Shown piece after piece: positions 12,543 to 25,700 of a stretch of 64,000 bases of DNA (positions within the stretch are counted from its first letter, which is position 1; every line of letters starts with the position of its first letter). This stretch comes from Octopus bimaculoides (Eukaryota): positions 733,550 to 797,549 of the forward strand of contig NC_068989.1 in assembly GCF_001194135.2 (NCBI RefSeq). Reading direction: 5' to 3'. Under the pieces are notes generated by a model. That model was not told the origin of the DNA and ran no database searches. It saw only the letters and a program-made list of their open reading frames with translations. The position numbers were made by a program, and so were the translations under genes.

Positions 12543-15500
12543 TTCATGCCCTATTCAGTTGTTTAGCTTTGCTTTTCAATGAATTGTTTGTTTTACTAAC
12601 CATACAGTTACATAATTAATTACCGTACATTTTAATTAAGATATGTTATAAATTTTTGAAATACGGGTTTTGTGTGTGTGTTTTCTTTGGGCTTAAGCTT
12701 TTTGTTTTTAATCCTACATTATTTCAAATTTCTTTTCTTGGTAAATTAGAATTGGATTTACTTAAATTGTTAAATAATTTCTCTATTTCAAATGTGCTGC
12801 TTTTTTGTAAAGAAACTATAAACCAATTTCTGTTGTACCCTTATAGAATATATTGATTCTCACAAACTTGTTGCTTTTGTATCGAAAGTTCATTTTTTTG
12901 TTTTGTTTACCAAAGTTTTTAAAGCTGTGACATTTATAAGACTATTCATAGAAATAATTAAATAAATATTTTTTAAAAAATAGTTTAAAAAATTACTTTC
13001 AAATACATTAAGTAATTTGTAAATGGATTTGTTTGCTTTATTAGAATCTTGCAAAAAATATTTATATGGAAATGTTTGAATAGAAACTGAAAAAACAAAA
13101 AAACTAGTTTGTGTTCCTGAGAAATAGTTTGAATCGAGGATATTTTCATTCAAGGCACGATTAATTACCAGACAAAAGAGCTGTTCTTGCAACTTGTTTC
13201 ATAGGATGTGTTTTCTGGGTTTTATTTGGTTTTTTTCCATAGTTCTTTTCATATTCTTGTAGCTATTGTGTTCTTGACTCTAAGATTTTCTTAGATTTTA
13301 ATTCTGCACCATAATACCATAGTAACACAACCCACACTACAGGAAAATAGATTACATGACTAAAATGGTTCCTTAAGACAAGAATATCTGATGAACCTTA
13401 TCAATACAGCTATCTACAAGACCCAAAACATTCCAGTGACAACACTGAGAAAAACAAACCAAAATAATAAAAAGGACAAAAATCCCAAAATCCCAAATCT
13501 TCAGATCTGTTTGACAACAAATGCGAGAAAGTTCTCCAAAAAAGTTAACAAGAAAAGAATTTTTTTTTAAAAATTCTCCACACCAAAGTTAAGAAAGAAC
13601 TTACTAGATCTATGAACTAAAATTTATATTATCAAAAAATAAACTAAACTGATTAGAACTACCAGTGAAGTCATTCTTTTCCTTTTTTCAAATATATACA
13701 TATATATACATATATACACACACACACAGCACCCCTTTACTATTGTAAACTGATACTGTTATTTAACAGATGATCAGCTTGGAAGTACACCAATGATTTC
13801 TTTTTGTTTCTATTAACAGAGTACATTCTGTCAAGCTCAGCTTGGTGTAAGTCAATTTTGTATTTTCTTTCCTTTGCATGATGTAATGACTCTTAGTTGA
13901 ACTACTAATGTTTTTGGTTTGAATCTGGTAGCCTCCAATTAAGCACTGTCTTGTCTCGAAAAGTCTCTGTATTTTGTGTGAAAACCTTCAATCCTTGGCC
14001 ACTTGATGTTGTTGCTTTTTGTTCCTATGTCTGTTGTTTCCAGGTAAGTAGTTTTGTTTGTGGTGGTTCATGTTATGAATAAAAAAACTCCCCTTACACA
14101 ACAGTGATTAAAGAAAGGACTTTCAATCTAGTTCCTGTGTTAAACACACAACACTTTGTAGTGTGTGTCTCCGTCCTTCACTTGTAAACAAACAGCAGCG
14201 TAGTTTGGCTGTTCCCCTCCATCCAAGCACTTTTGACTCCCTTGCCTCTCCTCCACCTCCTCTCATCACCCATGCTTGTGTGTCCAAGTCCCGAGCCTGC
14301 ACTAACCTCCATCACCAATCCTTCCTCCTTCCACAGAATCTCAATTGTCTTTCATTTCTTTGTTGCACTTGCTTTTCCTGCAGCCATCGACTTACAGGTG
14401 TTTCAACAGAATGCCAATGGCATCCGTCTTCTTCTTATTGTTGTTGTTGTTGGAGGGGCTGGGAAGAGGCTGGGCTCAGCTTCTTACTCAAAATAATAAT
14501 AATAGTAAAAAGAGAAAAAAAAAACCCCAGACAATTATGGATGCCCCAATCATAATAGTCTCTTTCTGCATGTATATATTTGTGTTTCATATGTATGTGT
14601 TTGTGCTTCTATGAGTATTTGTGTGTGTGTGTGTGTGTGTGTATACATGAAAATAACCCAAAAGTCCACCTGACCTTTTTCTGGAAAACATTTAAATGCT
14701 GTGTTGTGGGACTCTCTCTATATTCACTTTAGATGACTCTGGACATACACATAGGATAGATACAATGTGCAATAATAGAAGACTCTTGCCAAAATGGTGC
14801 CATGTATCAGGGTGGGACCTAAACCATATGGTTGTTGTATAATGAACTTGTTGATCAGCCATATATAAAACTGGAAATATTGATATCAGTTCTGGACGAA
14901 CAGATTATTTCCAAGGATGAATTATGGAAACATTGAGTTTTACTTAGGAGAAAAATCTTATGTATTTTCTGAAAGCATCAAAAAACTTAAGATCTCTAAG
15001 TGGGTGGCCATGAGAAGGAAGTGGTGATCCTTTTGCCTTTTTTAAGGTCATTTCAATTGAAATTGAGTAACAAATGTTTCAATTTTATGTTGAAATTAAA
15101 AACTTTCACCACAATTACTTGAATAACTACTTTCAAGTGGAATCTATCAAATGTCATTCTTTCAATTGTTGTTGGACTTTTAGATGCTGTTTTCTTCATT
15201 ACAGGTTTGTATTGTGACATAGGCTTCCAAGGAATGTTTGTTTTTATATAATGTGTTTGTGTGGGTGTAGTTTTTATTTGCACTCTGCTTCAGTTTGTAT
15301 AGTTATATGCACACACACAGCTCTCTAGTTGCAATTCATTTTTGCCAACAATGCCATATCGTTTTCCAATCACTGCTTGAATACTGATTATACCTCAGGT
15401 TGAACATTTAAAATGTATTCTGTTGGTTCCCCAGGTTACAGATAATAGACCATGATTAGTAACTTAGTAACATTGTAATCAGAGATATTTGTAGCACATA

Positions 15501-16743
15501 AAAGATTATTTACTTTTAATTTCTTGAAGTATGAAATAAATTAATTTGTATTATTCAACCGTTTGTACTATTCTTATTCTCAGGAACTTTAAATTTAACT
15601 TTTATCTTTAGATTCCATGGATTTTTCACTGAAATCAATGAACAAGACATTGGCCCGACTGCATTTGTTGATTCTTGTGTAATCTTACCTGAATTTCCTC
15701 CTCAAGTTCTGCATTCATTAATAGGTATTTTATTTTCTACCTTCTCTTCAGCGTTCACCAATATTGAAGCGAAAATCATCAGGTGATCTAAGCGCCAATT
15801 CCAGCAATTCCAAGATTGCTCACCATGACATGGCCAATGATGTAGAAACAAAGCAGCAGCATGGTCTCTTCTCCAAACAGACCAAAGCTATTGTATATGG
15901 AATGCAGCAACGGGCTGTACAAGGGATGCTGGACTTTGACTATGTCTGCTCCAGAGATGAGCCTTCAGTTGTTGCTATGATGTACCCCTTTACGTAATTA
16001 TCTTTTTTTCAATTCAATTTTTCTTTGTTATTAAGAGTAAGGAAGGTGGTGGGCGAACAGAATCCCAGAATCCTTAGTGGCATTTCTTCTGACTTTATGT
16101 TCAGGAATTCAAATTCCTGCAAAGTCAGTTTTGTGTTCCATCCTTTCAGGGTCATAAATAAGATAAGAACCAGTCAATCACTGGGGGTTGATGGAAGTGG
16201 CTAAACCCCTTCTGCCAAAAGTTCAGGCCTTCTGTCTATTGTAGAAAGAACAAGTAATGGGATTGCCATCTAATATTTTGTTATAGCCTTTCCTTCTTTC
16301 CATCATATTCTTGTTCCTTGCACCTTCCCATCCATTCTGGCACTTCTAATATCATTTCTCTCTCTTTTGGTCCCCCCCTCTCAAAAATTTCTCGCTTTGC
16401 TGTCATCATTGTCCCCTCTCAATGCCCACCTTGGTCTACAAGCTTTGACTACTGACCACTCTTGACACATACCCTGTCCTAGGCGCTTCTCCCACCTACT
16501 CTTCCCACTGTGAACGGTTTGGTTGAAGAAACAGAGAGTGCTGTGTGGTTGTGGAGTCCCTCTTGTCCCGTTTCTAGTATTGCTACCATGAGAAAATTAT
16601 CCCAGTATATTTTGTAAAGTGGTTGGCAATAGGAAAGGCATGTAACCATAGAAACTAGACCAAATAATATGTACCAGCACCAGTTTATCAGGCTGATCCA
16701 ACCTGTGCCAACATGGAAACTGGTTATAAAATGAGAATATGAA

Positions 16744-16774
<31 letters not shown>

Positions 16775-19700
16775 TCTCTCTCATTGCATGCTTGCCTGCC
16801 TGGATTAGATGAAATTGGTGGTTGGAGGCTCTTCTTGTCTTTTTCTAAGCAAGAGTATATTTCCTCATTGTGAGACATGTTTGCAGATTGGAAATGGACA
16901 CCTCTTGCATGATGGTTATTTGATGTCAAGGCAAGGAGGCAGTTAGTCTCTCTCACCCACCTCTCTTTCTCTCACTCACACACACACACACACACACACA
17001 TCAACAGTATTGTTTTGTTTTTTTTCCAGTGGTGATCACCGACAGAAATTTTATTGGGGCCACAAAGAAATTCTCATTCCTGGTAAGTTCTTTTATAGAA
17101 ACATATTCTCAATAAATCCTTAATTGTCAACCTCATCTTCAATAATGAAGCAGTTTTCAATATCTACATTCCACATCTATTTTCATCAATAGGAATTAAG
17201 AATTTCATTGTGAGAATCATTGAAATATTTGCTTTCTAAATTTTTATCACCAAATGGATGATTTACTATCTTTGATCTGTCTCAACAGAATGGAATGTAT
17301 TGGATGTAATTCCGATATCATCATCATCATCATTTAGCATCTGGCAGGAGTTTGACTGGAGACGGTAAACTGGAGAGCTGTGCCAGGCTCCAGTCTGTTT
17401 TGGCTTGGTTTCTATGGCTGGATGACCATTCCACAGAGTGTACTGAGTACCTTTTATGTGTCACTGACACAGGTGCCATTCACGCATCACTGGCACTGGC
17501 TGTGACTACAGCTTGATATGTCTTCTTAAGCCCAGCAATTTACCATATGTCTCAATTACTCATCATCACTTCCATAAATTAAGTCATTGTCTTTTTTTTT
17601 TCTCTTGCACTTTTTGCTAAATATTTCAAAATATTTTACTATATTATTAAACATTTCTATATATTTAATTTCATTTAATGTTTTTTAGTTTACAAGAATA
17701 TGGCAGATGTCATGAAGAAACATCCTCATGCTGATGTCTTGGTGAATTTTGCATCTCTACGTTCGGCTTATGAAAGTACAATGGAAACTCTCAACTACCC
17801 TCAGGTTCGAATCACATTCGTTTGCTGTACTTTAGTTTTTTTTTGTTTTTTTTTTTATCCTTTGTAATTTTGGAATTTCCTCCTCAGTCACATTTTCCCT
17901 AACATCCACCCTACAGATGTTCACACTGACCATTTGTCGTTTAGATTTCACCAGGGTTGGAGAGAGCTGACAAATGTCATGAGCTTTGTGTCTCCTAACT
18001 TTGAGTCATTCATCAAAACAATGGCTATAGCACAGTTTTGGTGAGAAAGTACAAACCATTGTCCCATTAGCTTTGCAAATTAGAAGAAACCTATTGATTC
18101 ATCTGACTTCAATGCTTCACTGAAATTTACTACACACTGTACAGAATATGTCTTTAACTGGAATCACCAGTGTTTGTCTTGGTGAGTGGTGATGTGTACG
18201 AGTGACACTCAGTACAGTCAAGTAAAGAAATAAAAAATTTTTGGTGAAAAGGAAATATCTGAAGCAGTTTTAGCTTCACTTGTGAATGGCAACTCAAATT
18301 CAATGGTCTTTTCATTCTTCTCATCCATTAGCATAAGTCATTTGCTGCTTCTCTTGGGTATAAATGGTAATCTTAGACTTTTTGAGATTTCTCATTCAAC
18401 CGTAAAATATTTCAGGGTTGAATACTTTGCAAACATTACAGTGAATAAATTTAAGTAGTTAATTAATACAGACTCCAGACGAGCAATTAGTAATTAGAAG
18501 CTTAAAGCTTGTATTTAACAAGAAAGAAAAATATAATTTCAGTAAAATGACCAGCATGGTAGAAAAGCAAGTAATGTAACATAGGGTTAGTAAAGTTATC
18601 TCCCCTGAGAGGGTTGTTACTATTTCACCCCAGGTCGACCGTAACCAAGTAGACTCTAGATCATAATCATTCTAACTGTTATCATCCCATCTCATTTTCA
18701 GTCATAATGTAACTAGGATTACATTATCAAATGTGTCCTTCCTTTTTTAAGATGGTAGGAGATGACTACAAAGAAATTTGGCTGCCATTTCTAAAATGTC
18801 AGCGACCATGCACAAGCTTCCTCATTAGTTTGATTTCCCAGCAATTTTCACACGATTTATGTAAATCATAAACACACACACATTTTGTTTTTTCAATTTT
18901 TAATATGTTTATTGTATTTTATTCCTTCTGTTTGTTTTATTCATTAAATTTCATTATAGATACGAACAATTGCAATCATTGCTGAAGGAATCCCTGAAAA
19001 CCTCACCAGACAACTAATCATGGAAGCTAACAAGAAAGGTGTCTGCATAATTGGCCCTGCAACGGTACGGGTTTTTCTTTTTTTTCCCCCATTTTTAAAG
19101 GAAATTTTGCAACTGAAATTGGGAAGTTTATGTCTTCTTTGCCAGAGCTTTCCCAACAGTAGTGTTGTGGTGTACCTCTATGTGTGTGTATGTGTGGTTA
19201 TATGCTCTTTAATCCAGCCATATCCCGTCCAAATATTCTCCCTGTTTTATGTCAAAACTGACCAGATCCAGCCTCTCACACCTTCCCTACAATGTCACTC
19301 TAGTCGTGGTTGTAGTTTTATTATTTCTTTATGGTATTTCTGTTAGGTGTAATGGGACAAAATATTGACCTGTTTATAATTTTAATGCATTCCCTAGAAT
19401 TGAGTTATAAGTTGCAATAATGAAGTCAATCCAAACAGTGATATTTTGAAATGTCTTAACTGAGGAAGGTCTTACGTAATGGATGGATGTCCCATTACAT
19501 ATATTATGCAAGTGTGGCTGTGTGGTAAGAAGCTGGCTTTCCAACCACATTGTTCAGGTTTCAGTCCTGCTGCGTGACACCTTGGACAAGTGTCTTCTAC
19601 TGTTGCCTTGGGCTGACCAAAGCCTTGTGAGTGGATTTAGTAGACAGAAACTGAAAGAAGTCCAATGTTGGTGTGTTTCTGCCTCTGTAACTTAGCGGTT

Positions 19701-22700
19701 TGGCAAAGAGACAAACAGAATAAGTACCAGGCTTACAAAGAATGAGTCTAGGGATTGATTTCTTCAACTAAAAGCAATGCTCCAGCATGGCCGCAATCAA
19801 ATGACTGAAACAAGTAAAAGAATATTTATTGCACAGACCTGAAACATGTATTAAATGATTTCAAAATATCACTGTCTGGTTTGCAACTTTATATGTGTGT
19901 GTGTGTGTGTGTACATATATACACACACACACACATTGTATGCTGTGTTGTATATGTTTGTTTTTTGCTATTATTTCACCTTTTACCCTCAAACAGGTTG
20001 GTGGAGTAAAACCTGGTTGTTTCAAAATTGGAAACACAGGTGGCATGCTGGATAACATTTTATCTTCAAAACTCTACAGACCTGGCAGGTAAGGCTTAAT
20101 AATTCCTTGAAGTGATCAGTTTCGCTGAGATGGCATAATTGCTTAGAGCAGTCTAGGTTTAATTCTAATTTGAAATCCTTTTTCTTTGGTAAAGGCATGA
20201 ATGTCACTAACTCTCATATCATTGTTTATTAATCTAAAGCTCAATGCTCTTCTTATAAATAGTTATTTTATAGTAATTATATTTCATTATGAGGTGACAA
20301 AGCTCTCATGCCTTTCTTACAGGAATTACAGACTTAAATGAATTAATTGCAACAAAAAAAACTGTGACCTGGTCATGTATTTGGCTTTTTCTTTGTTTTA
20401 ATGATGTCCTGTGTAAAAGAATCCTTAATTTTGTTAACCTTTTTATTTTCAGCGTAGCGTATGTATCTCGTTCAGGTGGGATGTCAAATGAATTGAATAA
20501 TATCATAGCATTAAACACAAATGGAGTCTACGAAGGTGTTGCTATTGGTGGAGACAGGTGAGAAAATAATCCATGGTTAAATTACTTTTCATTTTTACCC
20601 ATGCCAGCATGGAACGATGATGATGATGATGTTGTTTAGAAAATAAAGACAGAAATTCATTCTTTGGTGACAAGATACCTTTCTTTTTGTTTCAGCATGA
20701 TTTCCTGACTGTAGAGGGGTGGAGAACTCTGAAAAAGTTCTTTCTAACGTATTTTAATAAGTCAATCAATGCAACTCAGTTTTTTCTTCTTACAGAGACA
20801 ACTGATGCCTTTTATTTGCAAAGTTTCCTTCACATTCTTTGGAATGTGCTGCAACTGTTTCTGTGAAAGGTTGAAAATTGTTGGTACCATATAAAGTTGT
20901 TAACGCCTTAATCGTTTTCATATGATACTAAGAAAGTTAGACTCTTCTTAGCTTAAACTATTAATAGTATAACTTATCAACAAGGACACCTACCAATATT
21001 CATCTTGCACGCACACACACACACACACACACACGTGTATATGTGTTTTGCAGTAATTTAAATCTGATTCTCCATTTGCATCTGAGTTTAATGTCCATCT
21101 TTGGAAGTGGAAATAATTTAAAAACGGTTGTTTAGTTTAGATTAAAATAAATATGATTTTTTTTTTAAAACTAAGAGTGAATTTTTATTTCAAAATATGT
21201 CTTTGTTTAGATATCCTGGCACAACATTCCCTGATTATATAATGCGGTATCAAGAACAAGAAGATGTGAAGATGATAGTTCTTCTGGGAGAGGTAATCTC
21301 AAGAGTTTTAAGGGCTTTTTCTTTTTAAAGATCATTGTAGAGATTGCATGTGTGTGTGTGTGGGGGGGGGGACTTCATGATGTTACCATAAAAGAATGTA
21401 GAAATAGATGAAAGATCCTGTGATGATAAAGTAGCTGTTGATTAGTGTTATCATCACCAGCTGTTTATTATATTATGTAGTGCAGACTAGCTTTAGTTAC
21501 TGTTATATTTGTCTTGCCTTGGCTCCTCATCTTCTGGTGGAATTGCAAGTGTGCCATCATGGTACATGGTTTGGGTAAATTTTTAGAATTGTCAGAGCCT
21601 ATCCCTCTCCAGATCAGACTACAGCAGATTTCTTCAAGAGAGAGAGAAAGAAAAGAATTAGTACCAGTACAGCATTAGTACCCAAAACAACAAAAGGCAA
21701 GTTTGTGTCTGGCAATTTTTGAAGTCAGATCACAGTGAGCCAGAATGGACAGATAACTCTACCGGTTCATCAGCTTGTAGATTGGCACTGCTTACAGTGT
21801 TATATTTACCAATATCAACTGTAAATGTAACCTTTACAGTATGGAGTATAAATTTGCTCCAATTTAAAATTCTCAATATTATTGTTTCATGTAAAATTTT
21901 GAATAATATTTTTACATCCATTTAGTTTAGAAGATAATTATTTTACAAACTATTTACACGTTAAGAGAATTGATTGACATTTAAGAAACTTATGATTTTT
22001 TTTTAACAATAACTCATATGAGATGTCTAAAAATGTATCGATCTGTGTGTTATGCAAAGCTTTTGTCTCTCCTCAGGTTGGTGGTGTTGAAGAATACAAA
22101 GTAATTGAAGCGATGAAGGCTGGTAAAATCACCAAACCTCTTGTGGCTTGGTGTATTGGCACATGTGCCCGAATGTTTACCTCTGAGGTATTTTAGCTGA
22201 TTTTATCTTCATTTCTCTTAAAACACCACTAGTATTCATCATCATCATCATGGTTTAACATCCGTTTTCCATGCTGGCATGGGTTGGACGGTTTGACTGG
22301 GGACTGGCAAGCCAGGAGGCCTAGTGCAGCCTCCTGGCTTGCCAGTCCCCACCACTCTTTTGTATCGTTCACAAATGCAGAACACGTTTACTTTTCCTTC
22401 ATCTCTACACTTGGCTCCCTTTGGCCCCGCCGCCTCACCTACTTTTAAGTGGCCACACTGGACCCTTTGCCTCCCCTCCTGTCCTGCCTGTTACTCTTAT
22501 TTCTTTTGTACTCCACAATCTGTGCATTTGTCATCACTCCATCTTATGGATCGCATGGGTTTCCCTTACCTCCCTGTCGTCTCAGTCAGATTGCTTTGAA
22601 TATAGAAATACCAATCTCAGGATGTTGAGTCCTTCTCATCACTGTTGTCTCTGCCTCTGTCACTCCTGCTTCTCACTCGGTAAAAAGAAGCTGGCAAGTA

Positions 22701-25700
22701 AGCAGACACATGTGGGGGAACTTTCCTTTTTGTGACACCATGCCCTCAATATGGTTCTGTCTGTCTGTCTCTTGTGTTGGTGGAATCACAAAAACATACC
22801 CCTTATATTCTGTAAAGGGCTCTTCAACCGTATCAAGGACATGATCCTGGGTCCACAAAAGAAAAGGTATCCAGCATTAGTGGCTGGTGTTACTAAAGGG
22901 ATCCAGTCATAGGAACTGAGCCAAAAACGAAACACAAGGTAAAGTTCCCTCCAACCCATTTTATATGAGTGCTACCCCTTGAATACATGTTGTTGATGAT
23001 GATTGTGTGTGAATTGAGCCTTCTTTTCTTATATTCAATCATCATCATCATCATCATCATCATCGTTTAACGTCCGCTTTCCATGCTAGCATGGGTTGGA
23101 CGATTTGACTGAGGACTGGTGAAACCGGATGGCAACATCAGGCTCCAATCTGATTTGGCAGAGTTTCTACAGCTGGATGCCCTTCCTAACGCCAACCACT
23201 CAGAGAGTGGAGTGGGTGCTTTTACATGTCACCCGCACGTTGCTGAAGTAGTTTTAAACTGTCATTTTTAATGTGTGTTGGTTGAGTGTTTATATTTAAT
23301 GAACTCTTTTAACCTGTTGGTCATTGAAATATCTTCTACAGTTTGATCAGCAGAGATCAATTGCCTACGTTTTGTTCATTGATACATGTTCAGTTGTACT
23401 TGATAAATAATTAGTTATTCATTCTCTCTAGATATTGTTATTTATTCCTTATGTATTTTTATTAATAGTCTGAGCATTTTCTTGTAAAACTTGTGAAGTT
23501 ATCTTTTATGTTAACCTAAATTGTTTTTTTTCCCCCCCTTTATAGGTTCAATTCGGTCATGCTGGTTCTTGTGCTAATGCTGACCGTGAAACAGCTGTTG
23601 CTAAAAACAAAGCACTCAGAGAAGCTGGGGCTTATGTTCCTAACAGTTTTGATGGACTTGGGACACTTATAAAGTAAGTGTGATTATATTCTACATTCAG
23701 GCTGGACATATTATTATTATTATTATTATTAAAACCCGAAAACCAGCACACCCACGATTGACACATTAACTTATATGTTTCTATATCTTTCTTCAAGGAA
23801 AGTCTATGAAAATCTTGTTGGCCAAGGTATTATTATTCCAGAGCCAGAACAAGCCCCTCCAACTGTACCAATGGATTATGCATGGGCTAGGGTATGTTAA
23901 CGATGTTTCAATCCTACTTTATTGTTTTTCATTATTATTATTTAATCCACTTAAGGCAGAATCGTTAGCTCACTGGATGAAATACTTGGTGGTATTTCAC
24001 CTATCGCTATGTTCTGAGTTCAAATTCTGCCAAGGTTGACTTTGCCTTTCATCCTTTTGGGGGTCAATAAGTACCAGTTGAACACTGGGGTCGATGTAAT
24101 TGACTCATCCCCTCTCCCAAAATTGCTGCCCTTGTGACAAAATTTGAAACCCTTATTTAATCTAAGTGGATTAAATAAAGCTTACAGGCTTTGTGGTTTT
24201 AATTGTTGATTAAATAAGTTTCTTGATGATTTTTGTTGAATACAGGTGGGGACAAGTGTTTTAATTGCTTGAAGCACTTCCTACTATTTAGCAAAAAACT
24301 GTGATTCCCCCTCAGATGAGTTGTCATGGATATATCTGTGTAGAAGTCCTATCTCATCACTGGCGCAGTGAACGAATGACTCACTGCCAAAGATACTCCA
24401 AAGAATGGAGTTTTCATTAACTTACTGTCATCAGTTCAATTCCTCCGCTTAAATTACAACAGTTTGGTTTTTCAGTTCAAGAATATTGCCATATTTAAGG
24501 CTCAATTTTTCTTTCCTTATTATAAAAATACTTCTGAGAGGCAAGTAGCAAACAAGAAATACACATAACCTTGTTTCATTAATATCTTCCCAAATATTCC
24601 CGCATTTAATTATGTTTGAATTACAAGAAATAAATGAATGAATTGTAAAATACTTGACATACTGAAGCAAGCAAAGTGGTCTGGGTATAACTTAATGGTA
24701 ACTATGAGTATTGAACTCAAGACCATGCAGTTTGCATCCACTGCCTCATTTACACATGACATTTACCTCTGATGGTCCATCAGATTTACTTCTTGGAGAA
24801 TTATTTCTTTTGATTTCTTAGTTTGATGAAATGGAATTTGTTTCAAAATACTTAAACTTTGACCATAGTTTTATCACATTCTGGGTGCTTTTTCTCTTCC
24901 TTTTCTTCATCACTTGATCAAGTGATGAAATTTACTTCCTTATCACTGGGTCCTGGGCTCAATTCCACTCTATGATCACATCGGGTGAGATTTTCCTCAC
25001 TCAATTTCTTGAGTGAGTTTGGATAGAAGGGAACTGTAGAGGCTCTACCTAGAGGTCATAGGTCACTAACGTTTTTTTCACTAAGTCTGCCTCAAGGTTG
25101 CATTCATTGACTGAAATATACCCCTAATGACACTGTTAATACAATAAGGCTGTGCTTTGGATTGAATAACTGGAATACTTTGTCAGAGCCACTTATTTCA
25201 ACATCATTATTTCTCTCTCCTTTGTAATTCACTCAGTATTTCGTTGCACTTCCCTTTATTCACTGAGCCCTTCGTTCACACAGCTCTCCACTCCCAGTCC
25301 CATACCCACAGAAACTACCCACACCCATCAAGCTCCCCACTGACTGAGCCCTCCATTGACCAACTCCTCACTCACCAAAACCCCTACACCCACTGAGCCT
25401 TTCACTCACTAATCCCCACCCCCTGATCAAGCCCTTCACTTACTGCCATCTGTCGTGAACCTTTATCCCTAGGACTAATTCATTTCTGCTTTTCCTTCAC
25501 AGGAACTCGGTTTGATTCGTAAACCTGCATCTTTCATGACCAGCATTTGTGATGAACGAGGTTCAGAGCTACTCTATGCTGGAACTCCAATCACAGATAT
25601 TTTTAAAGAAGATTTAGGCATTGGCGGTGTCCTTAGCCTTCTCTGGTTCCAAAGACGGTAACTTAATATTTCAATTATATTCTTTCCATACATTTTTTAT

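Noticed and set aside
13770-13784. Extra acceptor taacag upstream of the 27-nt microexon
   Set aside because: Weak donor (gtacac) with a 35-nt intron; extension to 13846 (77 nt) is out of frame.
15612-15724. Apparent exon (tttag...ATAG|gtattt) with one open frame just before exon 15752
   Set aside because: Wrong phase for ACLY, and the following intron would be only 27 nt.
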